A stretch of DNA of 62,575 nucleotides from Pseudomonadota bacterium. Lineage in GTDB: Bacteria > Desulfobacterota > UBA8473. The translations under genes and the position numbers were made by a program. Position 1 is the stretch's first letter, and each line of letters begins with the position of its first letter. Where the stretch lies: positions 1-62,575 of the forward strand of contig JBDRGH010000003.1 of assembly GCA_043818015.1 (NCBI GenBank). The letters are read 5' to 3'. Positions 46,457-56,552 of this stretch are shown here, one piece after another. The notes beneath the pieces are model-generated. The model saw only the letters and a program-made list of their open reading frames with translations. It did no database searches and was not told the origin of the DNA.

Positions 46457-46894
46457 TCATTTAAGCAGCCCAAAGACTCTTCTTTTGGTCTGCTTTATCT
46501 CAAACCGTCCCTTTTTCTCATCGAATAACATGTCCAGCAATCCAAGATCCAAGCTCTCTGATTGGAACATGCTAACTGTTTTGTTGAAGGCCTCTTGACA
46601 CAGTTCAGGAGACATGCCCATCCAATTTATGCAGTGCAGAGCACTCAATGCTTCATAATCATGAGCATCTGGCACAAAGGAAGTCAACTTCAAGCACTTG
46701 TCTATAGTACAGATGCTGAAATAAGTGCTTTTGAACATGTTCTTCAAAGCAGTTATCACCACTTCCTTAGTAAACTCGTCCATCTTTGTTCTTCCTTCTT
46801 TTCCCCAGACACTTCGTTTGCAGAAATAATAGCAGAACAGTTGGTGTGAAAGAGGCCAGCTATAGTACAAATTCTTGCTGTCTTTATCAGCCAA
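46457..46894 (-). CDS. hypothetical protein
   Basis: 145-aa track ORF. A later in-frame start (MDEFTKEV, ATG at 46783) is equally plausible. Confidence 0.35.
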   Translation of the reverse strand: MADKDSKNLYYSWPLSHQLFCYYFCKRSVWGKEGRTKMDEFTKEVVITALKNMFKSTYFSICTIDKCLKLTSFVPDAHDYEALSALHCINWMGMSPELCQEAFNKTVSMFQSESLDLGLLDMLFDEKKGRFEIKQTKRRVFGLLK

Positions 46895-46996
46895 AATACA
46901 TCATGAGATGCCATCACTTTTACATAGGCTAAATATGCCTTTTTTATTTGCTTTCTTATGGCTTTTTTCTTTCTTTGTTTTAACCATCTGGATTTT

Positions 46997-47599
46997 TTAT
47001 CTTCTGTTTTCTTTTCCATTTCTATATAGATGCATCATAAAAAAGTTTTTAGAAGTATCGTGTCTCAGACAAATGTATGGCGTCAACAGAAAGACAAAAG
47101 ACAGTATCTTACCAGCATCGAAATGATATTCACCCTTGCCGTCAGGAATAAGGGACTCTGCACTCAGGCAGTCGAATATCAGAAGTTCTCGCGTAACCAG
47201 CCAGGCTTCTTCTATCAGTTTCAAAGCCTCTCGGAAAGGATAAAGGTATAAGACGCCATTCATGATGATAATGTCGTGCATTGCAATAGGCATAGGCCAA
47301 GTACCTTGCAGGACATTTATTTCCATCTTCTCTTTTTCGACTTTTTCAACCACTTTTTCGGAGACATCCACCCCTAGATAATCGATGCTGGCAAAATAAT
47401 CATCCAGATAATCCTTCAGATCGCAGAAGCCACAACCTATGTCAAGCACGGATTTATAGTTAAAGTCTGTGGCCTCGGAGATCATCTTGAACTTCAACTC
47501 CTGCGATTCCTTGGAGCCATAGTCCAAGGCTTGGATCGAATGGCCATGCTTATCTATTAAGTAGTCGAAAAAACACCCAACATTTTTCATATTCCGCAT
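46997..47599 (-). CDS. class I SAM-dependent methyltransferase
   Basis: Motif I VLDIGCGFCD, then YLGVDVS, and IIMNGVLYLY. Confidence 0.7.
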   Translation of the reverse strand: MRNMKNVGCFFDYLIDKHGHSIQALDYGSKESQELKFKMISEATDFNYKSVLDIGCGFCDLKDYLDDYFASIDYLGVDVSEKVVEKVEKEKMEINVLQGTWPMPIAMHDIIIMNGVLYLYPFREALKLIEEAWLVTRELLIFDCLSAESLIPDGKGEYHFDAGKILSFVFLLTPYICLRHDTSKNFFMMHLYRNGKENRR

Positions 47600-48017
47600 T
47601 CTCTGCTAAAAAGTTATGCTCCATAAAAAAATTTGCCCCTTCATAGCTATCCTCTTGTACACAAGCTTTGATTCTAACAATGCCTGGCCAAACTTTTTTT
47701 ACTTCTTCAATTCCTTGTTCTAATGCTTCAGAACCAAGCTTTCTATCTCTGTATTTCCCAAGTAAATAAATATGAACTTCGCAGAGAGCATCGTTTCTTT
47801 TCTCAAATCTGATATGGCCTATTAACTTTCTTTTATAGACGATTATGAATGGCAAACAAGAGAAGAACATTTCAGACAAACATTTTGAAAACCAATGATC
47901 ATGCTCCTCCCAAGACACTCCTTTTTGAGACAAAGAGTTCTCGATGATCTCCGGCAGGTTCCGCCACCCAAAAAGTAGCTCCCTATCTTCTTCTATTATC
48001 AGTCTGAGCTTGATCAT
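47550..48017 (-). CDS. GNAT N-acetyltransferase (PseH-like)
   Basis: LRLIIEEDRELLFGWRNLPEI...EEHDHWF N-terminus, as in PseH-type acetyltransferases. KYRDRKLGSEAL lies at the CoA-binding loop position. Confidence 0.65.
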   Translation of the reverse strand: MIKLRLIIEEDRELLFGWRNLPEIIENSLSQKGVSWEEHDHWFSKCLSEMFFSCLPFIIVYKRKLIGHIRFEKRNDALCEVHIYLLGKYRDRKLGSEALEQGIEEVKKVWPGIVRIKACVQEDSYEGANFFMEHNFLAENAEYEKCWVFFRLLNR

Positions 48018-48289
48018 CCTAACTTTACCTCTACTGGTATTGTGAAGACCATCTGCTTTCCCTGTTCTGTGAACTCTTCGGTGACTTGCGGCTTTTCCAG
48101 ACCCTCGTTAGCTGCTTTTAATATCACGGCACATTCATCGAGATTCCATCCCCTGCGATAATTCTTGACACTAAATCGATTTTCTTCTCCGACTTTTCTT
48201 GTTATCAAGATGAGAAAAGTACCTTCTTCAAGACACAACACAACATCTTTCTTTATCTCTTCCAGGATCTGGGAATTAAGCTTGTTCAT
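48014..48289 (-). CDS. hypothetical protein
   Basis: 91-aa ORF with 4-nt overlaps on both sides. Confidence 0.4.
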   Translation of the reverse strand: MNKLNSQILEEIKKDVVLCLEEGTFLILITRKVGEENRFSVKNYRRGWNLDECAVILKAANEGLEKPQVTEEFTEQGKQMVFTIPVEVKLG

Positions 48290-49209
48290 GCTGACTCCTT
48301 GTCCTTCTTGTAGAGAATCTCTTCAATATCATCTCTCATTTTACATAATTGTTTCAACTCCTCTGGATCAATACTGCATACTTGATCTGGTCCAGGAAGA
48401 GTTTTATCTAAGGTGAAATGTTTCTCAATGATTCTGGCGCCAAGAGACATAGCCACCACTGCCGCTGTTATCCCGATCGTGTGATCGGAGAAGCCTATAT
48501 ATGAATTCTCAAATATACTTTTAATCGGAGAAATTTCTAATTCTTCATACTCCCCTCCAATATTAACCTCTACTGAAGTTTTACTCTCTTTTATTTCACG
48601 CTTTGTCAAATTGATCCCTTTAAAAGTTTGTATACACTCAAAGAAATGCAATTTAGATGGTTTTACAGGATATTCGGAAATACAATATAACCAACTAATT
48701 TCCTCTTTATTAAATAAATCAATTCCTTTCTTAAAATGTAAATAATCTGGTTTGAAGTCAAATGAATATATATATCCATCACTAACAATTATAGGCTTTC
48801 CTTTAGTTATTATAGCTTTACAAAGCTCTTCATTTAAAGCATCGTCACTGGCTATCTTGTACCTGTCCACCCCAACGTCATCGAGCCAGCCCAGCCTCTC
48901 AAGATCACTCACCGATGCAAGGAAGTCAATGCCAGCCCTCTCGCATTCAGACTTTATCCAGAACACCTGCCTCCTGCCTAGCCTTGCGGCATATATGGCC
49001 TCCCATTCCAGCTTTGAAAACTTTTCAGGCTCTATAGGAGGGTCCCCGAAAACAGTCTTCGGATCGTACAGCTGGATCTTCACCGTGTCGGCCTTGCATT
49101 CCGCAGCCTTGTGGATCATGTCTCGAAGTAAGGAAGCATCACCACAGTGATTGATTCCTAATTCTGCAATTATTTCTATATGATGTTTCCTTTCCATATC
49201 CCACCTCAC
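48286..49209 (-). CDS. NeuB-family nonulosonic acid synthase (PseI/NeuB-like), no SAF domain
   Basis: IIAELGINHCGD...ADTVKIQ, KIASDD, and GFSDHTIG...GARIIEKHFTLDK motifs. There is an extra segment of about 40 aa before GFSDHT. The protein ends without the usual C-terminal SAF domain. Confidence 0.8.
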   Translation of the reverse strand: MRWDMERKHHIEIIAELGINHCGDASLLRDMIHKAAECKADTVKIQLYDPKTVFGDPPIEPEKFSKLEWEAIYAARLGRRQVFWIKSECERAGIDFLASVSDLERLGWLDDVGVDRYKIASDDALNEELCKAIITKGKPIIVSDGYIYSFDFKPDYLHFKKGIDLFNKEEISWLYCISEYPVKPSKLHFFECIQTFKGINLTKREIKESKTSVEVNIGGEYEELEISPIKSIFENSYIGFSDHTIGITAAVVAMSLGARIIEKHFTLDKTLPGPDQVCSIDPEELKQLCKMRDDIEEILYKKDKESA

Positions 49210-49556
49210 CTTACCATACCCTAATCTCGCCTATACCCTTTCAAAAGGGCCTTCTTTTTGCCATGAACACAAGCATAAATAATGTGTAAAGGAATCGTTA
49301 TAAACAGCAAGATAAAACCAAATGCAATAGCCATTATATGCATTACAATAAATAAAAAATGTCCCATCTTTATCCTTTTATTTTTTCTTTATCGGTCTGC
49401 TTAAAATTGAATCACTCCTCTTCACCTTATCGACAAGAAATTTCCTTTTCCTTATTAAGCTCTCGTGCATCTCAAAGGTAATTTCTTTTAAAGTTGCAAG
49501 TTTCTCCAAGTATCCTAAGCTAATCTTTGCTGTTTTAACCTACTCTCCCAAAAGCA

Positions 49557-49853
49557 TCAGTGCTGCTCATGGATTGAAAACACAGAATACCAGTCTCCCA
49601 GCGTACCAACAAGTAGACGCATAAGGCTATCTTTAACGTGAAGATACCCCCCAAATGCCTCTGGAGATATATGAACAAACCAGCATTGCACAGGGGTTGT
49701 TTGTGGTTCTTCCCATTGAATAAACTCTACAAGAAAAGCAAAACCCCTACGCATTTTTACAATGCCCTCACTTGCCCGACCTAATTTACCATCATAATAC
49801 ACCAACACTTTATCATTCTTTTGTGTGTCAAAATCCACCTTACTCTCCCTCAA
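49557..49853 (-). CDS. hypothetical protein
   Basis: 98-aa ORF with a 4-nt overlap with the GT2 stop. Confidence 0.4.
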   Translation of the reverse strand: MRESKVDFDTQKNDKVLVYYDGKLGRASEGIVKMRRGFAFLVEFIQWEEPQTTPVQCWFVHISPEAFGGYLHVKDSLMRLLVGTLGDWYSVFSIHEQH

Positions 49854-50626
49854 TAGATAATATCATATGTTTCAACCAGATAATACCTAAAAAGACAGAT
49901 CAGATACCAGTACAGAGGCACCTGATCCTTCCATCTCCTTACGACCTCTCTGCTCTCCTTTCTCCTTCGTCTAACCTTAGAGATGACACTCCCCTCATGC
50001 ATTCTCAGAAAGCCCAAAGGGAAAGGAATATAGCCCACTTCTGTTTCATGGGCCAGCTTGAGTAGCAGATCCCAGTCATGTGAGATAGTGAGGCGAGCAT
50101 CATATCTATACTTCTTGATCAGATCAGTCCTCACCATAACGGAGCTATTTGGAATAAAGTTCTTGAAGAGCAAAAGTCGAAAGCAGTTGCCGTTGAAAGG
50201 TTTTGACAACTGAGACCACTTTTCCTTCCTGCCATTTATCAATAATAGATCATGATAACTTATCCCGACACCCAACCACTCCATAAATTTAACCTGTCTT
50301 TCCAGCTTCTCCCTTGACCAAAAATCATCAGAGTCCAGAAAAGCAGTATATTTCCCTTTTACCAGACCAAGACCTGCATTCCTCGGAGCAACTGGAGAGC
50401 CACTATTCTTTCGCAAAGACCACAAGATCAGATTGCTGTCAAACTGTTTGCTATTTATCCATTTCTCCCAGCTTTTTATGATGTCCGGAGTCTCATCAGT
50501 AGAGGCATCGTCTATGACGATCAGCTCCCAATGCTCATATGTCTGCTTCACCACGGAATCGATAGCATCTCCTATGTATTTGGCTCCATTATATACCGGC
50601 ATTATGATACTAACTTTTGGTTTCAT
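49850..50626 (-). CDS. family 2 glycosyltransferase
   Basis: VSIIMPVYNGAKYIGDAIDSVVKQTY..WELIVIDDASTD, followed by a DSDD motif. Confidence 0.85.
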   Translation of the reverse strand: MKPKVSIIMPVYNGAKYIGDAIDSVVKQTYEHWELIVIDDASTDETPDIIKSWEKWINSKQFDSNLILWSLRKNSGSPVAPRNAGLGLVKGKYTAFLDSDDFWSREKLERQVKFMEWLGVGISYHDLLLINGRKEKWSQLSKPFNGNCFRLLLFKNFIPNSSVMVRTDLIKKYRYDARLTISHDWDLLLKLAHETEVGYIPFPLGFLRMHEGSVISKVRRRRKESREVVRRWKDQVPLYWYLICLFRYYLVETYDIIY

Positions 50627-51804
50627 TCCAACAGCTCCTTGTAGAATTTCACATACCTTTTCATTGTTCTGTCGTAGGAATAATGCTCCTCAAAGATCCG
50701 CTGGGAGTTCATGCCCATCCTCTGCCTAGATGCCTTTTTCTCGATCAGATAGTCAATGCAGTCTCTCAACTGCTTCACCTCTCCTGGCTCGACAAGAAGG
50801 CCATTCATCCAATCCACAATCTGTTCAGCCATCCCAGCCACTTTGGTCCCGACGATAGGCTTGCCGAGACTCATCGCCTGCAAGACAAGGATCGGGAAGT
50901 CCTCGTGAGCGATGGATGGCTGAACATAGATGTCGCAGGCATTGATGTAGGAATAGCCGTCCTTGACGTTCTTTCTGAAAAAGACCGGCCTTATATCAAT
51001 AGACTCCACCATGAGAGCCAGCTCTTCTTTCCCTTCTCCCACCAGCAGCAAAACCACACCATTCCCGTGCTTCTGGACCAACTCTCTGAACGCTTTCAAT
51101 AAGTAGGTCTGTCCCTTTCTCTTTTCAAACACGCCCACACAGACAATCAAGACGTCCTCTGGAAGCACTCCCAAACTTTTCCTGACTTTCTCCCTGTCCA
51201 CCAGAAGCTGGCTGTGAATGGTGTTTGGCATGACTCTGAATGCAGGAGCACGATGCCAAAAAAGCTCTTTGATTTCGCGGCTCACCGCATGAGAAGCCGA
51301 CAGCATCACATCCACCTCCTGGCTCACGAAATTGTCCATCGGCTTCTCGATCAGCCTCTGGATGAAGTTCCTCTTTTTCGGGAGATTGTTGATGAAGTAA
51401 ACCACCTTTTTCACCTTTGCCATCCTGCCTGCCAGCACAGCTGCTTGACAGCTTATCGGCCCTGGATATCCTCCGCTATTTATCACAAGAATCTCTGGTC
51501 TTATCTGCTTCAGCAGTTTATAGATCTTTATTGCATCAAAAGGCACACAAACATATTTAACCATGCGAAAAAGCTTATTCCCATAAAATCTAGAACTGAG
51601 CAATTTTAACGGAAAATAAGGGCACTCAGCACCGGCTATATTCCACCACCAAAGCATGACACGCTCAAACTCCTCTCGATAGGCAAAACTAAAAGAAATC
51701 TGAAAATTCTCCTTTATAAGAGCACTCGCAAATAGGCAAGTGAGCATTTGCTCAGAGCCACCACAGCGAAGATTGTCTGTATAATAGTGAATTTTATTTT
51801 TCAT
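50623..51804 (-). CDS. GT-B glycosyltransferase (Glycos_transf_1, GT4-type)
   Basis: C-terminal EDFPILVLQAMSLGKPIVGTKVAGMAEQIVDWMNGLLVEPGE (E-x7-E region). Confidence 0.85.
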   Translation of the reverse strand: MKNKIHYYTDNLRCGGSEQMLTCLFASALIKENFQISFSFAYREEFERVMLWWWNIAGAECPYFPLKLLSSRFYGNKLFRMVKYVCVPFDAIKIYKLLKQIRPEILVINSGGYPGPISCQAAVLAGRMAKVKKVVYFINNLPKKRNFIQRLIEKPMDNFVSQEVDVMLSASHAVSREIKELFWHRAPAFRVMPNTIHSQLLVDREKVRKSLGVLPEDVLIVCVGVFEKRKGQTYLLKAFRELVQKHGNGVVLLLVGEGKEELALMVESIDIRPVFFRKNVKDGYSYINACDIYVQPSIAHEDFPILVLQAMSLGKPIVGTKVAGMAEQIVDWMNGLLVEPGEVKQLRDCIDYLIEKKASRQRMGMNSQRIFEEHYSYDRTMKRYVKFYKELLE

Positions 51805-51891
51805 CCTTTATATAATCCCTGCCTTGCCTTGCCTTATCCAGCCAAGCTCACACTTTATTCTAGCAGTAAGCCCAATTTAGCCAATGGATAC

Positions 51892-54231
51892 TCAATGGTT
51901 GATCTTATTCCAAGCATTCAAATCCTCCACCATCTCTTTCTTTAAACCTATAAGTTCCTCATCTGAAAAATCAGTGAAGTTAACAAGCAAGCTTTCGCCC
52001 TGCTCGTTGTCAGACAGCCTTAAACAGAGGTCCTCCTCTTCATCCAGCCTCCTTTCAGAAGAGCCGAAATAACCTTGCATCCTCATCCACTTCCACAAAG
52101 GAGTGCCTGGGTATGGCGTCAGAAAGAAGATGGCATGGGGAGGCAGATTGTGCTGCTTGCAGAAGGCAACTGTCTCTTGAAGCGTCTCTCGGGTCTCTCC
52201 TGGAGTTCCTATGATAAACGTTGCCTCACAATCTCCAAATATGTCCTGGGACATCTCAACTGCTTCGTGACACTTTTCCACAGTTGTCCTCTTATTCAAT
52301 CTGTCAAGTATCTTTTGACTTCCTGATTCAACTCCATACCCGACAAGAACGCAACCAGCATCTTTACAAAGTCCTAATATCTTTCTGCCCACAGTATCAA
52401 CCCTAGCACCACATTCCCAGCTAACTATCTTGTTCATTCCGGAGAACACCATCAACTCACAAAACTCTTTCACATTCTTTTTATTGGTTATGAAAATGTC
52501 GTCCCCCATCAGAATGTGCTCAACTCTATAATTTTCATACAGATAGACAATCTCATTAAACAGCGACTGAGCATCCCTATATCTATACTTAGTTCCCATA
52601 TAGTCGTGATAGCAGAAAAAACAATTATGGACAAGAATATCATTAGCAAAAAACCAATCATACCCAGGAATTGACATGCAATAAACATCCTCTTTCTCCG
52701 AAAGTTTTTCAATTGATTTAACCTTATGATTACTTTGCTTAATCTGCCCTTGCTTTCTTTTTATCCAGCCAGCTCTATAGTTTGCTTTATGCTCCTCAGT
52801 ACGTTTCTTTCCTAAATTACTTTTTCCTACTTTTTCAGCCCATTCTTTAGTTATTATTCTGCCTTTAAGTTTATTTGAGATCTTCTTTTTAACCTCTACA
52901 GAACGTTCTATTCCATATAAAGGACTCTCCTCTCCTCTTTTACCATAGTTAGGATTGCTCTCTCCTAATTTACTAAGTCTATAATTTTCTTTTTGTTCAG
53001 GAGTTCTTTTTTTACCCAAATTCCTCTCTTTAGCTCTTTCAGCCCTTTCCTGTGGAGATAGCTTAAAGACAGGATTTTTCTCTCCTTTCCACTTCTCACT
53101 AAACCCAGAATGCTGTAGTATATGCTCTTTATGGTTTGAACACAGCTTTAAATTAGTAGGGAGGTAGTTCTTCTTATTTTCATCAATATGATGAATTTCT
53201 TCTCCCTTCCTAAGCTCTCTCCCAAGAAGCCTTTCCATCATAGTTCTGGCTCCTCGTAATTGGCCTGGGTATTTGCAAGCCACCACACTCTGGCCTGGCT
53301 GAAGATTTTGAGCTTCAACTTCCCATTCTTTCCTTGGCTGAAATTGGTTTTTATATTGCAAAACCATAAATCTATGGTCTGAAGTGCAATCAATATGACT
53401 CCCATCAGTAAAATGAACTCTTACTAGCTCTGCATCTTTTCTTGTTTTAAAAATAGCTTTAGGCTTAATATAAACTATTCTCTTTGTTTTTGGATTACGA
53501 GTAAGGATCAAAGGAGTCTGCCCTACCAAATCTTCTATTTTCTTCTTCCCATCTGGAGTATCAAGAAGAGTATCTCCTCTCAAACAATTGAAAGGACAGC
53601 CCCTGCTACTGAGTATGTTCATGGACTTTGGCACTTTTTCTGCCTTTCCATCAGTCCACTTTGCCTTGTTGATTGTGCTTCCCACCGGATTGTTGGCATA
53701 GATCTCTGTCGGAAAGAGATCATATGCCGGCAATGGCAGTTTGTTGATATCTTTAATTGGGTATCTTTTGTCTGTTGAAATAATTTCTTCGCCCCTTCTA
53801 TAGACAATCCCCGGAGTCATGAACCTTGTTTTCTTTTGTTCCAATTCGTAAAATAAATCTAAAGCAGTCACCTCTCCCTCTCCAATGACACAAACGTCAG
53901 CTCCTGCCTTTCGGAGCATGATCTCAGGAATACTGCTCCCAAGGACGCCGCCAACTATGATAGGAATGTCCGTATTATATCCTTTAATCTCCTTAATAAG
54001 CCATTTCACATAAGCATAGTTTGTAATCAGTCCTGTGACGCCCACAGCATCATATTCCAGAGAATAGAGCTTAGAAATTACTTGATCCTCTGAATATCTA
54101 TGAGCATTGATATCCAATATTTCGACATCATGATCCTTCTCCAGTACCTGGGCTATGTATCCCAGGCCCTGCGGAAAGCAGTTGGGAGGAGCCCATGTCC
54201 TAACCGGAGGATTAATGAGTAGTATTTTCAT
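51892..54231 (-). CDS. B12-binding domain radical SAM protein interrupted by an intein
   Basis: N-terminal LLINPP...GLGYIAQVLEKDHDVEILD and IIVGG. The cluster motif is split as GCPFN|C...VHN|CFFC. The extein is 458 aa and the intein is 321 aa. Confidence 0.85.
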   Translation of the reverse strand: MKILLINPPVRTWAPPNCFPQGLGYIAQVLEKDHDVEILDINAHRYSEDQVISKLYSLEYDAVGVTGLITNYAYVKWLIKEIKGYNTDIPIIVGGVLGSSIPEIMLRKAGADVCVIGEGEVTALDLFYELEQKKTRFMTPGIVYRRGEEIISTDKRYPIKDINKLPLPAYDLFPTEIYANNPVGSTINKAKWTDGKAEKVPKSMNILSSRGCPFNCLRGDTLLDTPDGKKKIEDLVGQTPLILTRNPKTKRIVYIKPKAIFKTRKDAELVRVHFTDGSHIDCTSDHRFMVLQYKNQFQPRKEWEVEAQNLQPGQSVVACKYPGQLRGARTMMERLLGRELRKGEEIHHIDENKKNYLPTNLKLCSNHKEHILQHSGFSEKWKGEKNPVFKLSPQERAERAKERNLGKKRTPEQKENYRLSKLGESNPNYGKRGEESPLYGIERSVEVKKKISNKLKGRIITKEWAEKVGKSNLGKKRTEEHKANYRAGWIKRKQGQIKQSNHKVKSIEKLSEKEDVYCMSIPGYDWFFANDILVHNCFFCYHDYMGTKYRYRDAQSLFNEIVYLYENYRVEHILMGDDIFITNKKNVKEFCELMVFSGMNKIVSWECGARVDTVGRKILGLCKDAGCVLVGYGVESGSQKILDRLNKRTTVEKCHEAVEMSQDIFGDCEATFIIGTPGETRETLQETVAFCKQHNLPPHAIFFLTPYPGTPLWKWMRMQGYFGSSERRLDEEEDLCLRLSDNEQGESLLVNFTDFSDEELIGLKKEMVEDLNAWNKINH
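52624..53586 (-). mobile_element. intein with HNH homing-endonuclease and NUMOD3-like repeats
   Basis: Residues 216-536. Cys1 (TGT 53586-53584), block B TSDH, terminal VHN (AAT 52626-52624) and a +1 Cys. HNH motif EEIHHIDENKKNYLPTNLKLCSNHKEHILQH. Repeated GKKRTxEQK-type motifs. Confidence 0.8.
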
Positions 54232-54644
54232 CCTATAAATGGCCTATTTTTAACCCATTGCCTATTAGCTTCCTTTTGAACAATTAAACAGACTTGCTTC
54301 TTCCCTTCTTCACTTTCTAGATATTCCTTTGTGATCCTTTTTATATCTTTCGCTCCTTGCTTACTAAAGTCCGTTTTTATTATTACATCGCTCTTTGCGT
54401 TTTCTAGTTGCTTTTCAGCCCTCTCATACACCTCCTCAGAGACATACGGAAGCTCCGAGAATCCACTGAGGGAATAGCCGATGAGCATGGCAAACTGCTC
54501 CCGATCCTCATCCGAAAAAGGCATATTTACAATTTGGTTCAAGTCATATGAACCGGCATTCAGCAAAAATCTGACAATTGCGTTCTCCTTAAAACGTGCA
54601 ATTCCCTCATCATCAGTAAAAACAGGTTGTATTGGTCTCATCAC
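54228..54644 (-). CDS. hypothetical protein
   Basis: 138-aa ORF with 4-nt overlaps on both sides (ATGA at 54228-54231, checked). Confidence 0.45.
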   Translation of the reverse strand: MMRPIQPVFTDDEGIARFKENAIVRFLLNAGSYDLNQIVNMPFSDEDREQFAMLIGYSLSGFSELPYVSEEVYERAEKQLENAKSDVIIKTDFSKQGAKDIKRITKEYLESEEGKKQVCLIVQKEANRQWVKNRPFIG

Positions 54645-54922
54645 AGATCTCCCATCTTGTTTTTGCCATCAATGTAGAGCATCTCGGGCCTCTCCACCGC
54701 TGGCAGCCTCATTGTAATCTTCAGCCGCTTCATCATCTTCCAGACTCCCATCTGGGTGATTCCCACCAGATTGGCTATGTCATAGACGCTACGGCCGCCA
54801 TCGTACAGGTCTTGGAACATTCCGGTCACCGTGCTGTATCCCATCTTGTCCGCCTTCTCCTTCCACCTGAGATAGACCTTAGGATACTTGAAAAGCCTTG
54901 CTTCTTGCTCTGACGTCATCAT
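54641..54922 (-). CDS. HTH DNA-binding protein
   Basis: 93 aa. SVYDIANLVGITQMGVWKMMKRL is HTH-like. Confidence 0.45.
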   Translation of the reverse strand: MMTSEQEARLFKYPKVYLRWKEKADKMGYSTVTGMFQDLYDGGRSVYDIANLVGITQMGVWKMMKRLKITMRLPAVERPEMLYIDGKNKMGDL

Positions 54923-54971
54923 CTCCTCTTATTTAGATTATAACTTATTTTTATCGATTTTTAAAACATTT

Positions 54972-55748
54972 TTACTTCTTTGCCTGCCTCCTCAGCAAGG
55001 ACTGAAAATCAGAAGAGCCGAAGTCTGGCAGCAAAGTGGTCCTACACGGCTGATAGCTGATAAATGTCTCTGCGTACTCAAAGCCATACTGCCTGCCCCA
55101 CTCTTTCTCCATGGAATTGAGCCGCGACCACACCACGTCCTTGGTGTTGTACTGACTCGGCATCGATATGAACGCCACTGCCTTCTTCTCTATCACTTTC
55201 GTAATGTCCACGACCACGTCTGGAGGCACCACGTTCCTACCCAACTTCACCATGTTCGGATGGAACTGGTAGCCATAGAAGAACACGTTCGAGACTCGAC
55301 AAGGCTCAAAACCCTCCATCTCGACATACCTTCCAGCAGCCACCGAAGCCTCCATGCTCTGCTGTCCTATGTAGGAATGGTCTGGATGATGGCTTTCTGC
55401 CGGATGATGGGTGACAAGAACGTCTGGTCGAACCTTGCTGATGATTTCTGCTATTGGCTTTCTGTGCAGGATTCCAGGATCAAAAAAGATTCCATCATCA
55501 AAGCCGAGAAAAGATCTGTTCTCTTTTTTCACATCGAGGACGTCCAATGCATCCTGGCACTCATCTATTTTAGCTCTCTCAAACTCACCTATGTTTGACA
55601 TCTGCTCTTTTGATAATGGATGAGAAAAAACACCTAAAGTCACTGCCATAATAAAGACTTCATCTCCAGCTTCGATGTGGTTGGCTATGGTGCCAGCAGC
55701 CAGGTCGATCAAATCAGCCGGATGTGCACCCACAAATAAAAGTTTCAT
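54972..55748 (-). CDS. PIG-L/LmbE family deacetylase
   Basis: LFVGAHPADLIDLAAG and VTHHPAESHHPDH motifs. Confidence 0.8.
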   Translation of the reverse strand: MKLLFVGAHPADLIDLAAGTIANHIEAGDEVFIMAVTLGVFSHPLSKEQMSNIGEFERAKIDECQDALDVLDVKKENRSFLGFDDGIFFDPGILHRKPIAEIISKVRPDVLVTHHPAESHHPDHSYIGQQSMEASVAAGRYVEMEGFEPCRVSNVFFYGYQFHPNMVKLGRNVVPPDVVVDITKVIEKKAVAFISMPSQYNTKDVVWSRLNSMEKEWGRQYGFEYAETFISYQPCRTTLLPDFGSSDFQSLLRRQAKK

Positions 55749-55825
55749 TCTATCTCTCCTCTATTAAAAATTATTATTAATTTATGTCTCCTTTTTGAAT
55801 TTCATTTTCATCATGGTTTATTTCT

Positions 55826-56521
55826 TTATTTTATCCCTCCTTTTTCTAAAAGTTTCCTCGCAAAAAATTCTGCCAATTCAAAATCAACCTCTGTGTTTAT
55901 GTCGATTGATCGTTCATATGGCATCTGTAAGACTCCCAATTCATTGAGATACCAGGTCTTCTGCTCCAGAAAAGCACCCACCTTCGCCCAGTACATAGAG
56001 CCATTTCCGACAACTCTCAGGCCTACAGCCTCTATCAGCTGCTCTTCCCTAAGATCGAATAACTTCATACTCTCTGGCTTCCACATATTCATTTTGTTCT
56101 TATAGAGAGCCTGCCACCATGGCTGTACGAATTTGGTAACTCCCATCACCCCTTCAAACCCCATCCTCAGCATGTGCCTGTATGCCATCTCGATGTCCGC
56201 AGCCGTCCTCATGGGAGCGGTCACATACAAGCAGCAAAAGTTGTCGAACTTTCCCAAAACTTCTTTACCCAAGATGTGCTCACATACCTGAACAAGGGTG
56301 CATCTGTTCTTTGCCATAGAGTTGTGCCACCAAAGGACATTGCTCTCTGTATACATTTCCCATTCTTCGATATTAGAATAAAGCAAGATGACATCGAAGC
56401 AGCCGCTCTGTTTGGCAGCCTCGATGGTCCATTCCACGATCGGCCTGCCCAAAAAATCCCTCGTGTTCTTATTTAGACACCTGCTGCTGTATCTCTTGGC
56501 CGGTATGATCGCCAGGTTCAT
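55826..56521 (-). CDS. acylneuraminate cytidylyltransferase family (CMP-nonulosonic acid synthetase, PseF/NeuA-like)
   Basis: N-terminal LAIIPAKRYSSRCLNKNTRDFLGRPIVEWTIEAA signature. Confidence 0.85.
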   Translation of the reverse strand: MNLAIIPAKRYSSRCLNKNTRDFLGRPIVEWTIEAAKQSGCFDVILLYSNIEEWEMYTESNVLWWHNSMAKNRCTLVQVCEHILGKEVLGKFDNFCCLYVTAPMRTAADIEMAYRHMLRMGFEGVMGVTKFVQPWWQALYKNKMNMWKPESMKLFDLREEQLIEAVGLRVVGNGSMYWAKVGAFLEQKTWYLNELGVLQMPYERSIDINTEVDFELAEFFARKLLEKGGIK

Positions 56522-56552
56522 AATTACCCTCCTCTAATGGATAGAATGTTAA

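Noticed and set aside
49221-49367. Small unlisted minus-strand ORFs in AT-rich gaps: a 48-aa hydrophobic peptide (MGHFLFIVMHIMAIAFGFILLFITIPLH..., 49221..49367), a 52-aa ORF at 59206..59364, a 59-aa ORF at 4359..4538, and the track ORF 58922..59104
   Set aside because: They are too short, have weak or absent RBS (one has a TTG start), and carry no recognisable motifs. They cannot be supported from sequence alone.
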